Assembly: GCA_040769165.1 (NCBI GenBank)
Contig: JAXGLP010000002.1
Coordinates: 194,657 to 258,656 of the forward strand
Source of the DNA: Armatimonadota bacterium
GTDB taxonomy: Bacteria; Armatimonadota; UBA5829; DSUL01
DNA length: 64,000 bases
Direction of reading: 5' to 3'
The notes under the pieces were generated by a model. That model was given only the letters and a program-made list of their open reading frames with translations. It did no database searches and was not told the DNA's origin. Below, in pieces: positions 32,491 to 41,034 of the stretch. The first letter of the stretch is position 1. Each line of letters opens with the position of its first letter. Made by a program: the position numbers and the translations under genes.

Positions 32491-33693
32491 ATGGCTGTCG
32501 AGCCAGAACAGATCGCCGATCTTATTGAATCACCCCTGCGCGAGCGCATTCCGCGCTGGGAGGATCTCCCCGCCGACCCCGTGCGGCGCGTCACCCTGCT
32601 GCGAAAGTCGTTTCCCCGGGAGGCAGTGCCCGCCGTGCTTGAGCTCGCCGACCTGCGCCGCCGCGCCGCCGCGAAGTTCTCGCGGCCGCTTGAGATGTTC
32701 TTCGACCGCGAGGCGCTGGAACAGGCCACCCACGAAGACATCGCGCGCGAGCGCGCCGCGCGGTTCATCGGGTGCGTCGAGACAATCGCGGACCTCACCT
32801 GCGGCATCGGCGGCGACGCGCTGGCGCTGGCGGCCCTGCCCGGCATCCGCCTCACCGCCCGCGACCTCTCCGCCGCCCGCGTGCGCATAGCCCGGGCGAA
32901 CATCGAAAGCCTGCTTCCGGAGAGGGCATGCAACGTGAGCTATCGCGCGTCCGCGGCAGAAGACTATCCGCCCGCGGACGCGTATTTCCTCGACCCCTCT
33001 CGCCGGGTCACGGGACGGCGCAGCCGCCACCTCGCGGGCATGTCCCCTTCGGCGGAACTCGTGCTCGAAATATCGCGCCGCGCGAAGGCCATGGCGGTGA
33101 AACTGTCGCCCGCAACGCCGGACGAAGAACTGGCTCAGCTCGGAGGGCGAGTGGAGTTCGTCTCATTCAAAGGCGAATGCAGAGAGGCGGTCGTATGGTT
33201 CGGCGCGGCCGGGCCGGATGCCGCCCGCACGGCCAGTCTCATCGGCGGCCCGTCCCTGTCGCCGTCGCCCGGCGTGCCCCGGCCCGAAGTCTCCCCGCCC
33301 CTGCGTTATCTGCTTGAGCCGGACCCGGCAATCGTCCGCGCGGGGCTCATCGCCGAACTGTGCGCAATGACGGGCGCGGCGGTGCTCGACGAGCGCGTGG
33401 CGTATCTGACCGCTGACGACCCCGGTCCCGCGCCGCTTGTGCGGCCGTACGAGATTCTCCGCAGCCTGCCGTTCTCGCTGAAGGCCGTTCGCGCCGCGCT
33501 GAGAGAGTTCGGGATCGGGAGCGTGGAAGTCAAGAAGCGCGCCTCGGCAGCGGACGTCCCGACGCTGCTCCGGCAGCTTCAGAGCCCACACCCCGGAACG
33601 GGCACGGTCATCCTCACCCGCATCGGCGAAAAGCCCTGGGCGTTCGTCTGCCGGGCCGCCCTACGGAGCTACAACGGCCACCTGAACATCTGA
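32491..33693 (+). CDS. Class I SAM-dependent methyltransferase with THUMP-like C-terminal domain
   Basis: Motif I IADLTCGIGGDALALA. About 400 aa, the length typical of the THUMP-like methyltransferase family. Confidence 0.6.
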   Translation: MAVEPEQIADLIESPLRERIPRWEDLPADPVRRVTLLRKSFPREAVPAVLELADLRRRAAAKFSRPLEMFFDREALEQATHEDIARERAARFIGCVETIADLTCGIGGDALALAALPGIRLTARDLSAARVRIARANIESLLPERACNVSYRASAAEDYPPADAYFLDPSRRVTGRRSRHLAGMSPSAELVLEISRRAKAMAVKLSPATPDEELAQLGGRVEFVSFKGECREAVVWFGAAGPDAARTASLIGGPSLSPSPGVPRPEVSPPLRYLLEPDPAIVRAGLIAELCAMTGAAVLDERVAYLTADDPGPAPLVRPYEILRSLPFSLKAVRAALREFGIGSVEVKKRASAADVPTLLRQLQSPHPGTGTVILTRIGEKPWAFVCRAALRSYNGHLNI

Positions 33694-35688
33694 AATGCTC
33701 CGCGTCAGAAGCACCGGCTCGCGGCCGGAAGCGCCCGCCTCGCACGACGCGATGCCCGTCGCCGTGATGTAATCCCCGACCGCGGCGGTCGAATCGGTAT
33801 AGACCCGCACCGTCGCGGAGCCGTCGCTGACCAGCAGCGACTGCGGCGGTCCGGCCTCCCTTGTGGTCACCCGTCCCCACACGCGCACAAGCAACCCCAG
33901 GTTGCTGAGGCCGTGAGATTCTCCCACGCCCTCTCCGCCAAGCGAGGCCGCCCGCACGCCCGGCGGCAGCGGAACCGGCGCGGTCGCCGTCTTTTCGACC
34001 AGCAGAGCGTTCAACAGCGGCTCGCAGCCCGTGCCTGTCACGCCGGAGACAGCCACCATATCGCCTGGTGACACCGCCGCCGCCGACACGACCTTCAGCC
34101 CCGAAGACCGGTCCGCCTCCTCGATGTAGAAGCTGCCGCTGAACGCAGCCGTCACGACCCTGGCCGGAATGCGCACAGCAGACCCGGACGGCAGAAGCTT
34201 CGCCTCGGCCGTGCTGCTCACGGGCGTCCACGGCGAGAGCCTCTGCGCGTAAACGTCCCAGTCGGCTGCGTTCCGGTTGTCCTCCCATGTGGTGTACGCC
34301 CCGCCAGAGCCGTCGGATTCTGTCTGATGCAGGCGCTGGTTGCTGCCGGGCAGAACCGCCACGGGGACCCCGAGCGCCGCCCACGCGGGCAACCCGTCCG
34401 CGCGCAGCATCTGCCCGTAGACGTCATAGAGCGCCGGCGACGACTCGTTGCGCGTGTCCATCCACGTGAGCATGACCGTCCCGGGAAGCGACGGTGCCAT
34501 GCGTATGCGCGTCTGAGATCCCGGAGCGAGGCAGGCCGCCGCGCCCTGCGGGGTCCAGAGGGGATTGCCCAGGGAGTCCAGCGCCTGCGCGTACAGATCG
34601 GTCTCGAGCGCGCTTGAGCGCGCATCCGTCCACGCCACAATGCACCCGCCGTTTCCGTCCACAGTCACCCGCGGCGTCCGCTGGTTGTTCGCGCTCGTGC
34701 AGACAGCCCGGCCGTTCGCGCCCCACGCGGGCGTTCCGGAGAGGTCGAGGCGCTGGGCATAGATGTCGAAATTGCCCGACCGCTTGTCCTCCCACACGAC
34801 AACGGCGCCGCTGCCATTGAGAGAGGTTATGTCGGGGTAGCTCTGCTCTCCCGTCGCGTTGCAGAGCATGATGCCGTTCGCCGCCCACGCGGCGCTTCCC
34901 GCCGCCGTCACCCTCTGCGCGTACAGGTCGTTGCCTGTCGAAACCGAGTTCCTGCCGTCCTGCCACACGATGACCGCTCCGCCCGACCCATCCGGCGCGA
35001 TAATCGGGTTGCGGGTTGCCCACTTCGTTCCGCTGAAGCCGAGGACCTTGACGCCGTCTGCAGTCCAGAGCGCGGCGCCGCTGCCGGCAATCCTCTGCGC
35101 GTAGATCTCGGTGTTGGCCAGAATCGGGTCCGAGCGCGTGTCGCGCCAGGCGACGATGGCCCCGCCGTTCAGATCGCTGCAGATCACGTGCGAGAAGGCG
35201 GTGGGCGGGTCCGTCAGGTCGGGGGCGTGCGAGCAGACAGGAACGCCGTCAGCAGCCCATGCCGCCGCGCCGTCCGGCCCCAGCCTCTGAGCGTATATCT
35301 CCATCCCGTCATCGCCCTTGCGCCCGTCCTGCCATACAACAATAACCCCGCCCGCGCCGTCGGCAACGGCCGCGGGAAACTGCTGGTCGTACTCCGCCCC
35401 GCACACGAGCACACCATACCCGGCCCAGAGGGGCGCCCCGTCCGGGCTCAGACGCTGGGCGTAGATGTCGTACTCACCGGATCTCGCGTCGGCCCATACG
35501 ACGACAGCCCCGCCGGTGCCGAGACTGACAAGCGCGGGGCTCTCCTGAGATGCCACCGCCGTGCACACCGGCGCTCCGTTTGGCGTCCAGACTGCGTCAG
35601 CGCCGCAGACGCAGGGCAAGCTCAGCAGAACGCAAGCGGACAGGCACGCCAAGGCGGCGAGAAGTGGACTGCTCTTAGATGAACGCAT
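33661..35688 (-). CDS. Secreted repeat protein: seven tandem ~50-aa DxYAQR repeats (probable 7-bladed beta-propeller) plus a C-terminal domain shared with the 12670..14778 deacetylase
   Basis: Signal peptide MRSSKSSPLLAALACLSACVLLSL. Repeats visible as ...VVWQDGRKGDDGMEIYAQRLGPDG..., ...EIYAQRIAGSG..., ...DLYAQRVTAAG..., ...FDIYAQRLDLSG..., ...DLYAQALDSLG..., ...YDVYGQMLRADG..., ...WDVYAQRLS. C-terminal 170 aa align to the deacetylase C-terminus. Confidence 0.65.
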   Translation of the reverse strand: MRSSKSSPLLAALACLSACVLLSLPCVCGADAVWTPNGAPVCTAVASQESPALVSLGTGGAVVVWADARSGEYDIYAQRLSPDGAPLWAGYGVLVCGAEYDQQFPAAVADGAGGVIVVWQDGRKGDDGMEIYAQRLGPDGAAAWAADGVPVCSHAPDLTDPPTAFSHVICSDLNGGAIVAWRDTRSDPILANTEIYAQRIAGSGAALWTADGVKVLGFSGTKWATRNPIIAPDGSGGAVIVWQDGRNSVSTGNDLYAQRVTAAGSAAWAANGIMLCNATGEQSYPDITSLNGSGAVVVWEDKRSGNFDIYAQRLDLSGTPAWGANGRAVCTSANNQRTPRVTVDGNGGCIVAWTDARSSALETDLYAQALDSLGNPLWTPQGAAACLAPGSQTRIRMAPSLPGTVMLTWMDTRNESSPALYDVYGQMLRADGLPAWAALGVPVAVLPGSNQRLHQTESDGSGGAYTTWEDNRNAADWDVYAQRLSPWTPVSSTAEAKLLPSGSAVRIPARVVTAAFSGSFYIEEADRSSGLKVVSAAAVSPGDMVAVSGVTGTGCEPLLNALLVEKTATAPVPLPPGVRAASLGGEGVGESHGLSNLGLLVRVWGRVTTREAGPPQSLLVSDGSATVRVYTDSTAAVGDYITATGIASCEAGASGREPVLLTRSISDVQVAVVAP

Positions 35689-35703
35689 AGTGACTCTTGT
35701 GTA

Positions 35704-36648
35704 TCAGCGGACGACGAGGCTGTCAACCCAACCGGCAATCTGCCGGAACGCAGGCTCCAGCCTCGTGTCCGCGGAGAACCGGAAGACCCGGTCAACGTTG
35801 TAGTCCACACCCCCCGACATCACCGATCCGCTCAGCGCTATCTCGAAGCCTCTTCCCTCGTCAACAAGCCGTCTCCGCCCGGACAGCAACACCCCACAGT
35901 CATCGGCGGCGCCGTTCAGAAACACCGTGCCCTCCTGCGCCAGCCCGTTTGAGGCGAGGCATGCGTAGTGACGGTCCGAGATCGCCATCCGAAGCACGGG
36001 CGAAGCCGCGGCGTGGCCGTCGGCAAATACGCAGTTCGCCACGTTCGTCGTCGTCAGGTCCATGCCGACGCGGCTTCGGTAGCCGTGCCAGCCGCTGCCA
36101 CAGTCTCGCAGAAGCATGCAATCCTGCGCCGGTTCGAGCGCGCCCAGCCTGCCGCCGTTGATCTGCAGCCCGTACTGCCCGTGCCGCGCTCCGCTCCAGA
36201 ACGCATAACTGCTGCCAGCACGCAAATGAACGCTGCCCTTCTCCGCGCCGAAGCCGAACTCGGGCGCCCCGTGGTCGTTGCCGCAGATGAGTATCCTGCT
36301 GTCACCGATATACCCCGCAAGCGCTTCGCGCAGACCGGTCGCGCTCGAGCCTTCCGGCAGATCCGGCGTGGGCGCGCTTCCGGCAAACGGCGTGCCGGAC
36401 ACGCGGGGAAGGCAGCCCTGCCAATCCTCGGAGTACGCCGTCAGCGCCAGTCCGAGCTGTTTGAGGTTCGAGAGGCAGGTCACGGCGCGCGAGCGGTTGC
36501 GCGCCTGCATGGCGACGGGAGTCAGGATGGCGACAAGGACCGTGATGATGGCGAGGGTGGTCAGCAGCTCCACCAGTGTGAAACCCCTGGCGCCGCGCGC
36601 TTCCGCGCCCCACCGCCGGCTCGTCTGATTGTACTGGCCTGTCACCAT
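35704..36648 (-). CDS. Prepilin-type N-terminal cleavage/methylation domain protein, DUF1559 (H-X9-DG) family, paralog 2
   Basis: GFTLVELLTTLAIITVLVAILTPV N-terminus. C-terminal VFADGHAAASP. Confidence 0.75.
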   Translation of the reverse strand: MVTGQYNQTSRRWGAEARGARGFTLVELLTTLAIITVLVAILTPVAMQARNRSRAVTCLSNLKQLGLALTAYSEDWQGCLPRVSGTPFAGSAPTPDLPEGSSATGLREALAGYIGDSRILICGNDHGAPEFGFGAEKGSVHLRAGSSYAFWSGARHGQYGLQINGGRLGALEPAQDCMLLRDCGSGWHGYRSRVGMDLTTTNVANCVFADGHAAASPVLRMAISDRHYACLASNGLAQEGTVFLNGAADDCGVLLSGRRRLVDEGRGFEIALSGSVMSGGVDYNVDRVFRFSADTRLEPAFRQIAGWVDSLVVR

Positions 36649-36674
36649 GTCTTTCGCGACGCCGCGTCTCCCTT

Positions 36675-37451
36675 TCAGAAGTCCAGCAGCTCCCTCAATT
36701 CGTGTGCCCGCGACCGCGACAGCGGTATGTAGTGCTCGCGCGGTTCGGTGATAAACAACTCATAGGTCCGCTGCCCGGCGTGCGATACCTCGCGCACCTT
36801 GTCCAGGTTGACCAGGCAGCCTTCGTTCGCCCGAAAGAACCTGTAATCGCGCAACTTCTGCTCCAGCTCCGCCAGCGTCAGATACGTCGCGTAGCTGTGC
36901 CGGGTGGTGTGTATCAGCACCCGCCTCCGCGATGTCTCGATGTAGCAGATGTCCTCCACGGGAACCAGCTTCGCCCCCTCCCGGTCCCGGATGACGAGCT
37001 TGCCGAGCACCTGCGTTCCGCCGCCAGAGGCGCCGTTCGCTGCCCCGTTGTGCCGCAGCCGCTCGCGCACCCGTGCGATGGCCTGCTCCACGCGCTCCTG
37101 GCTGCACGGCTTCATCACGTAGTCCGCCGCCGCCACCTCGAACGCGGGCACCGCGTACTCGTCGTAGCCTGTCACGAAGACGATCTGCGGGCCGCCGCTG
37201 ACGCGGGCAAGATCCTGAGCCAGCTCCATGCCGTTCTCGCCGGGCATGTTTATGTCCAGAAACAGCACGTCCGGGCGCTGAGCTGCCACCACCGCCAGGC
37301 ACTCCGCCGCCGCGCCGGCCTCGCCAGCGACCTCAACCCCCTCGATGCGGCCGAGCACGAGCTTGAGATACTCCCGCGCCGTAGGCTCGTCGTCCACCAC
37401 GACTGCCCGGATGGTTTCTAGTTTTACTGATTCCTGGGTACCTGGAGACAT
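36675..37451 (-). CDS. LytR/AlgR (LytTR) family two-component response regulator
   Basis: Receiver domain (VVDDEPTAREYL...DVLFLDINMPGENGMEL) and C-terminal LytTR DNA-binding domain (ICYIETSRRRVLIHTTRHSYATYLTLAELEQKL..FFRANEGCLVNLDKV). Confidence 0.85.
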   Translation of the reverse strand: MSPGTQESVKLETIRAVVVDDEPTAREYLKLVLGRIEGVEVAGEAGAAAECLAVVAAQRPDVLFLDINMPGENGMELAQDLARVSGGPQIVFVTGYDEYAVPAFEVAAADYVMKPCSQERVEQAIARVRERLRHNGAANGASGGGTQVLGKLVIRDREGAKLVPVEDICYIETSRRRVLIHTTRHSYATYLTLAELEQKLRDYRFFRANEGCLVNLDKVREVSHAGQRTYELFITEPREHYIPLSRSRAHELRELLDF

Positions 37452-39079
37452 ACCACCGTGCCCTCGTTCGCCTTAGTGCGAATTCTCAACCGGTAATCGC
37501 CGCCGTAGATCCTGTCCAGCCGGCCTTTCAGCATCGGAAGAGCATGACCTTCCCGGTCCGCCCAGTCGCCGCCGCCTTCCGGAAACCCGTTGCCGTTGTC
37601 CGCCACAAAGCAAAGCAGATGCCCGTTTCTGATGCGCGTCGCGATCCTCACCCGGCCCGGGCCGGCCTTGCGCGACACTCCGTGCACAATCGCGTTCTCC
37701 ACGAGCGGCTGAATGGAGAACGACGGTATCGAGCAGTCATCCGCCTCCCGGCAGGTCTCCTCGATCACCTCCAGACGATCGCCGAACCTTGCTTTCTCGA
37801 TCTCGAGATACACCCTGACCGTGTCCAGTTCTTCGCTCACACTCGACATCAGCGCGCGCTCCGATCTGAGGGAGCTTCGGAAGAACTCACCCAGCTTCAC
37901 CGTCAGCCGCGCAGCCTCACCGGGCGCGATTTCGCAGAGCCCTGCAAGCGTGTTGAGCGCGTTGAACAGAAAATGCGGATGAACCTGCGCCTGCAACGCC
38001 TTCAACTCCGCCCGCGAAGCCGCCTGCGCCTGCGTCTCGGCCTCAAGCACCCGCATCTGGTAGTTGACCAGAAACTGCGCCACCTCCGCCGCCAGATCCA
38101 CAACCTCCGGCCTGAAACGCGTCTGCCGCGTCTCGTAAAGAATCACCGAGCACCCGGGCCGCCCTTGGTGGGCAATCGGAATTGCCACGGCGGACCCGAA
38201 CGGACACCCCGGCCTCTCGCACCACCCCTCTCGCCTGTCCGTCGCATGACGCTCGCCGTCCGCCATCGCCTGCAGAGCAATCTCCGGAACCACGCCCGCT
38301 CTGAGGTGATGCTCCGCCGCTTCGCCGACGTGCGCCAGCATCTTCTCGGGCGTCGCCACCGCCACAGCCGCTACTCGCGTCAGCCGCTGAACCAGGGCCG
38401 CCGTGTGCGCCGCCGAAGCCTCGTCGCAGCCGCCCGACGCAACCGGAGGAAAGCGGTTTGCCTCCCCCAGCGCCCGCGCCAGTTCACTGCGCTCGATGCG
38501 TTCCCGCTGCGCCCGCATGTCTCCAACAATGAACAGAAACAGCGCCACCCCCACGCCGCTCAGAAACATCGGAAGCACGTACTGCACGGCGGCGGCGTCC
38601 CACGATCCTATCAGATAGTCCTGCTGAAGCCGGACCGCAAGCCAGATGCCGTGGCCGAGCATGCCCGCGAGGAATCCCGCCAGAACCCTCTGCGCGAACG
38701 CCGGGCTGAACTGGCAGACCCAGCCGCCGAGCGCCCCCACGATTACGGCCGGCAGGGCGTCACCCGGCGACCAGGAGGATCGCAGCAAGCTCGCGGCGGC
38801 GGCGCTTACGGCGCCCACGCCGATTCCCGGCCACAGGCCGCTCACAAGCCCCGCCGCCGCCGCGGAGACTATCCCCGCATCAAGCAGCGGATCGTGCGAC
38901 GAGAAAAGCGCCTCGGCCACCGCCAGCGCCGAGAAGAACAGGAAGGCGAACAGCCTGTCTCCGGGCCGGGCGGCAAACCGGAAAACTCTGGCGAAAAGCT
39001 CCGTGCGGCTGGCGAAGTATGTGATCGTCACCAGCGCGCATATCTTCTGCACGGAGTTCGCAAGGCCTTCATAAAGCAT
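37424..39079 (-). CDS. Sensor histidine kinase, LytS/YehU type (5TM-5TMR_LYT + GAF + His_kinase/HATPase)
   Basis: Multiple N-terminal TM segments, a GAF-like middle region, an H-box HPHFLFNALNTL and HATPase_c (IQPLVENAIVHG...DNGNGF). Overlaps the response-regulator gene by 28 nt. Confidence 0.8.
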   Translation of the reverse strand: MLYEGLANSVQKICALVTITYFASRTELFARVFRFAARPGDRLFAFLFFSALAVAEALFSSHDPLLDAGIVSAAAAGLVSGLWPGIGVGAVSAAAASLLRSSWSPGDALPAVIVGALGGWVCQFSPAFAQRVLAGFLAGMLGHGIWLAVRLQQDYLIGSWDAAAVQYVLPMFLSGVGVALFLFIVGDMRAQRERIERSELARALGEANRFPPVASGGCDEASAAHTAALVQRLTRVAAVAVATPEKMLAHVGEAAEHHLRAGVVPEIALQAMADGERHATDRREGWCERPGCPFGSAVAIPIAHQGRPGCSVILYETRQTRFRPEVVDLAAEVAQFLVNYQMRVLEAETQAQAASRAELKALQAQVHPHFLFNALNTLAGLCEIAPGEAARLTVKLGEFFRSSLRSERALMSSVSEELDTVRVYLEIEKARFGDRLEVIEETCREADDCSIPSFSIQPLVENAIVHGVSRKAGPGRVRIATRIRNGHLLCFVADNGNGFPEGGGDWADREGHALPMLKGRLDRIYGGDYRLRIRTKANEGTVVCLQVPRNQ

Positions 39080-39241
39080 GCGCTCTTCCGGGCGGCCTCA
39101 CCGCGACTTCCTCGCGGCCGCGCCGCCCCTGCCTCCTCTGCGAATCTCTGCCCCGCGCGCGGGGCAGATGCGATTATGTGGAACCGCCCAGGCCAGGCAA
39201 GGGCGGCTCCACGTTCACACGAGGCTTCTGTCAGCCCGGTT

Positions 39242-39619
39242 TCAGTTCGCGATCTGACTCTCGATCCACGAAACAACCGTGTACCACACGGCCTTGCGCG
39301 GCCCGTTCTTGAATGTGAAGTCCCTGTCGACCTCAATCACTCCGTCCGGGGTCGTGATCGTTCCCCAGATCTCCACGAACGTGACGGGCCTTCTGTCACC
39401 GACTCTCTCGTAGGCGCCTTCGACCGCCACGGTCGCGTAGTCGTCGTCCCTGGTGATGACCAGCGTGCCGGAAGCGTTGGGATCCTCAGGATCGTCCGCC
39501 GTCACCGTTACGGTGTAGCCCATGCACTCCCAGGAACCCGGCTGGATGGCCAGCGCCGGACCGGCGGCAAGAACCAGTGCCAGCAACGATACGAACAGTG
39601 CCTTCTTCACCTCTATCAC
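39242..39619 (-). CDS. Small secreted hypothetical protein (125 aa)
   Basis: Signal peptide MIEVKKALFVSLLALVLAAGPALA. Located immediately upstream of the LytS/LytTR pair and downstream of the 22-bp direct repeats. Confidence 0.4.
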   Translation of the reverse strand: MIEVKKALFVSLLALVLAAGPALAIQPGSWECMGYTVTVTADDPEDPNASGTLVITRDDDYATVAVEGAYERVGDRRPVTFVEIWGTITTPDGVIEVDRDFTFKNGPRKAVWYTVVSWIESQIAN

Positions 39620-39733
39620 CTCCTGTCCTGTGAGTTGCTCAGGACAGTATCAGTCTATCTGTTCTGACGCGCGCCAACGCCGTTAATGCGTGATTTGTAC
39701 AGGTCCCTGTCCGTTCCGGCCAACTGGCCGCTC

Positions 39734-39799
39734 AAGCGGAACCGAGCGCTTGTTCAAGCGCAACCGAGCTCTTGTTCAAGCGCAACCGAGCGCTTGTTC
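39734..39799 (-). promoter_or_regulatory. Three tandem 22-bp direct repeats (AAGCGSAACCGAGCKCTTGTTC); candidate LytTR-type operator array
   Basis: Sequence aagcggaaccgagcgcttgttc / aagcgcaaccgagctcttgttc / aagcgcaaccgagcgcttgttc read directly. The 22-bp periodicity matches the 12-bp-spaced direct-repeat geometry bound by LytTR regulators. Lies upstream of the small secreted gene and the LytS/LytTR pair. The third unit overlaps the last codons of the isomerase gene. Confidence 0.45.
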
Positions 39800-40648
39800 C
39801 CAGACCTTCTTCAGCGCGGACCCGGCGTATGATACGGCCTCGGCCGGGGACATCTCTTTCAGCTTCGCGCTGAATGGTTCGGGCGTGACAGGGCCAGAGT
39901 AACCGGCATCCCTGAGCGCGCGCAGGAACCCGGTGAGGTCAATAACTCCCGTCTCGCCCATGATTTCCCGCACGCTGTCCACCTGCTCGTCCACGGGAAC
40001 ACCGGACGGTGCGTCGTTGATGTGCACCTGAACGATATCCGCGTCCGTCAGTTTCTTCAGATCTCCGAGCGTGCCGTGCGACGTGTACCAGTGCCACGAA
40101 TCGAGCAGCAGCCCCACATTGCCCGTCCCGACGGCTTCGCAAAGCTCCAGCATCCCCTCCATCGTGTGGATGAACGGATACTTCCTCGAGCGCAGAAACG
40201 TCCGCGGGCCGATAAACTCCAGCCCCAGCCGGCAGCCGTGCTCCCCCAGCGTCTCCGCGACCGGCCGCAGCCTCTGGAGGTGAAACGCCAGGTTCTCTGA
40301 AAAAGGCCGCTCGTCGGAGCAGGAAGGAATCCAGGTGGCGCAGCGCGTCGCGCCCACCGAAGCAGCTGCCGCGGCCGTCGGGCCAAGCCTGTCCAGCGCC
40401 GCGCGATACTGCTCGCCGCCAGCCTGCAGCGGCACCGGCAGGCCCCAGCCGCCCACTCTCAGGCCACGCTCTTCGTAAGGCCGCAGAAAAGCTGCCGGCC
40501 CGAGTTCGGCCACCTGACCCAGATCCGGATCAAGCCCATCGAAACCCGCCTCCCGCGCTGCGCTGAAAACGTCGAGCGCGTTCCGGTCCACCCCTATTGC
40601 CCCCGGCCCCAGATTCCTGAACATGAGCGTTCCTGCTCCTCTCTGCAT
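39776..40648 (-). CDS. Sugar phosphate isomerase/epimerase (xylose isomerase-like TIM barrel)
   Basis: AP-endonuclease-2/xylose-isomerase-like TIM barrel family pattern (...VGLLLDSWHWY...). Start set at the ATG (MQRGAGTLMF) preceded by GGGGAG; the listed ORF extends a further 42 codons upstream. Confidence 0.65.
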   Translation of the reverse strand: MQRGAGTLMFRNLGPGAIGVDRNALDVFSAAREAGFDGLDPDLGQVAELGPAAFLRPYEERGLRVGGWGLPVPLQAGGEQYRAALDRLGPTAAAAASVGATRCATWIPSCSDERPFSENLAFHLQRLRPVAETLGEHGCRLGLEFIGPRTFLRSRKYPFIHTMEGMLELCEAVGTGNVGLLLDSWHWYTSHGTLGDLKKLTDADIVQVHINDAPSGVPVDEQVDSVREIMGETGVIDLTGFLRALRDAGYSGPVTPEPFSAKLKEMSPAEAVSYAGSALKKVWEQALGCA

Positions 40649-41034
40649 AGACTCCCCGGCCGGCGCCGGTTCGCACCCTGATGGTACCCCCTGGCGCACT
40701 CCCCGGTCAAGAAGATTCGCCTCAGAAGTGCGGGCCACCTGCGGAGGATTCGGCCGCCCGGTGAGGTTTGACATGCCCCAAACCCGGGGATAGAATACAA
40801 AAGGTCACTTCGGCGGTTCAGTGTTCCGGGCTGTGTGTGCCAGTGGGACCTTATCGGCGCAGCAACGGAGGGCGCGCGATCCCACTCCTTCTTTATTACC
40901 CCCGGGGATACGAGGGTGGCGATCCGTTTCACGGTAAGGTGACAGGTGGATTAGGAGTACCGGGTGTACCATAACTTGAACTATACGGAACGATCGACTG
41001 GTCAGACCGGCAACCACCAGGGAGAGTTCACGGT

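Noticed and set aside
31515-32933. 472-aa minus-strand ORF
   Set aside because: Antisense to the URO-D-like, TauE/SafE and THUMP-methyltransferase genes. Low-complexity Arg/Ser/Ala translation.
37544-39667. 707-aa plus-strand ORF
   Set aside because: Antisense to the LytS-type histidine kinase. Extreme Arg/Pro/His bias.
40650-41034. tRNA, RNase P, SRP or tmRNA gene in the long intergenic region
   Set aside because: No cloverleaf-compatible sequence and no conserved ncRNA signature motifs were found by inspection. Only generic hairpins are present.
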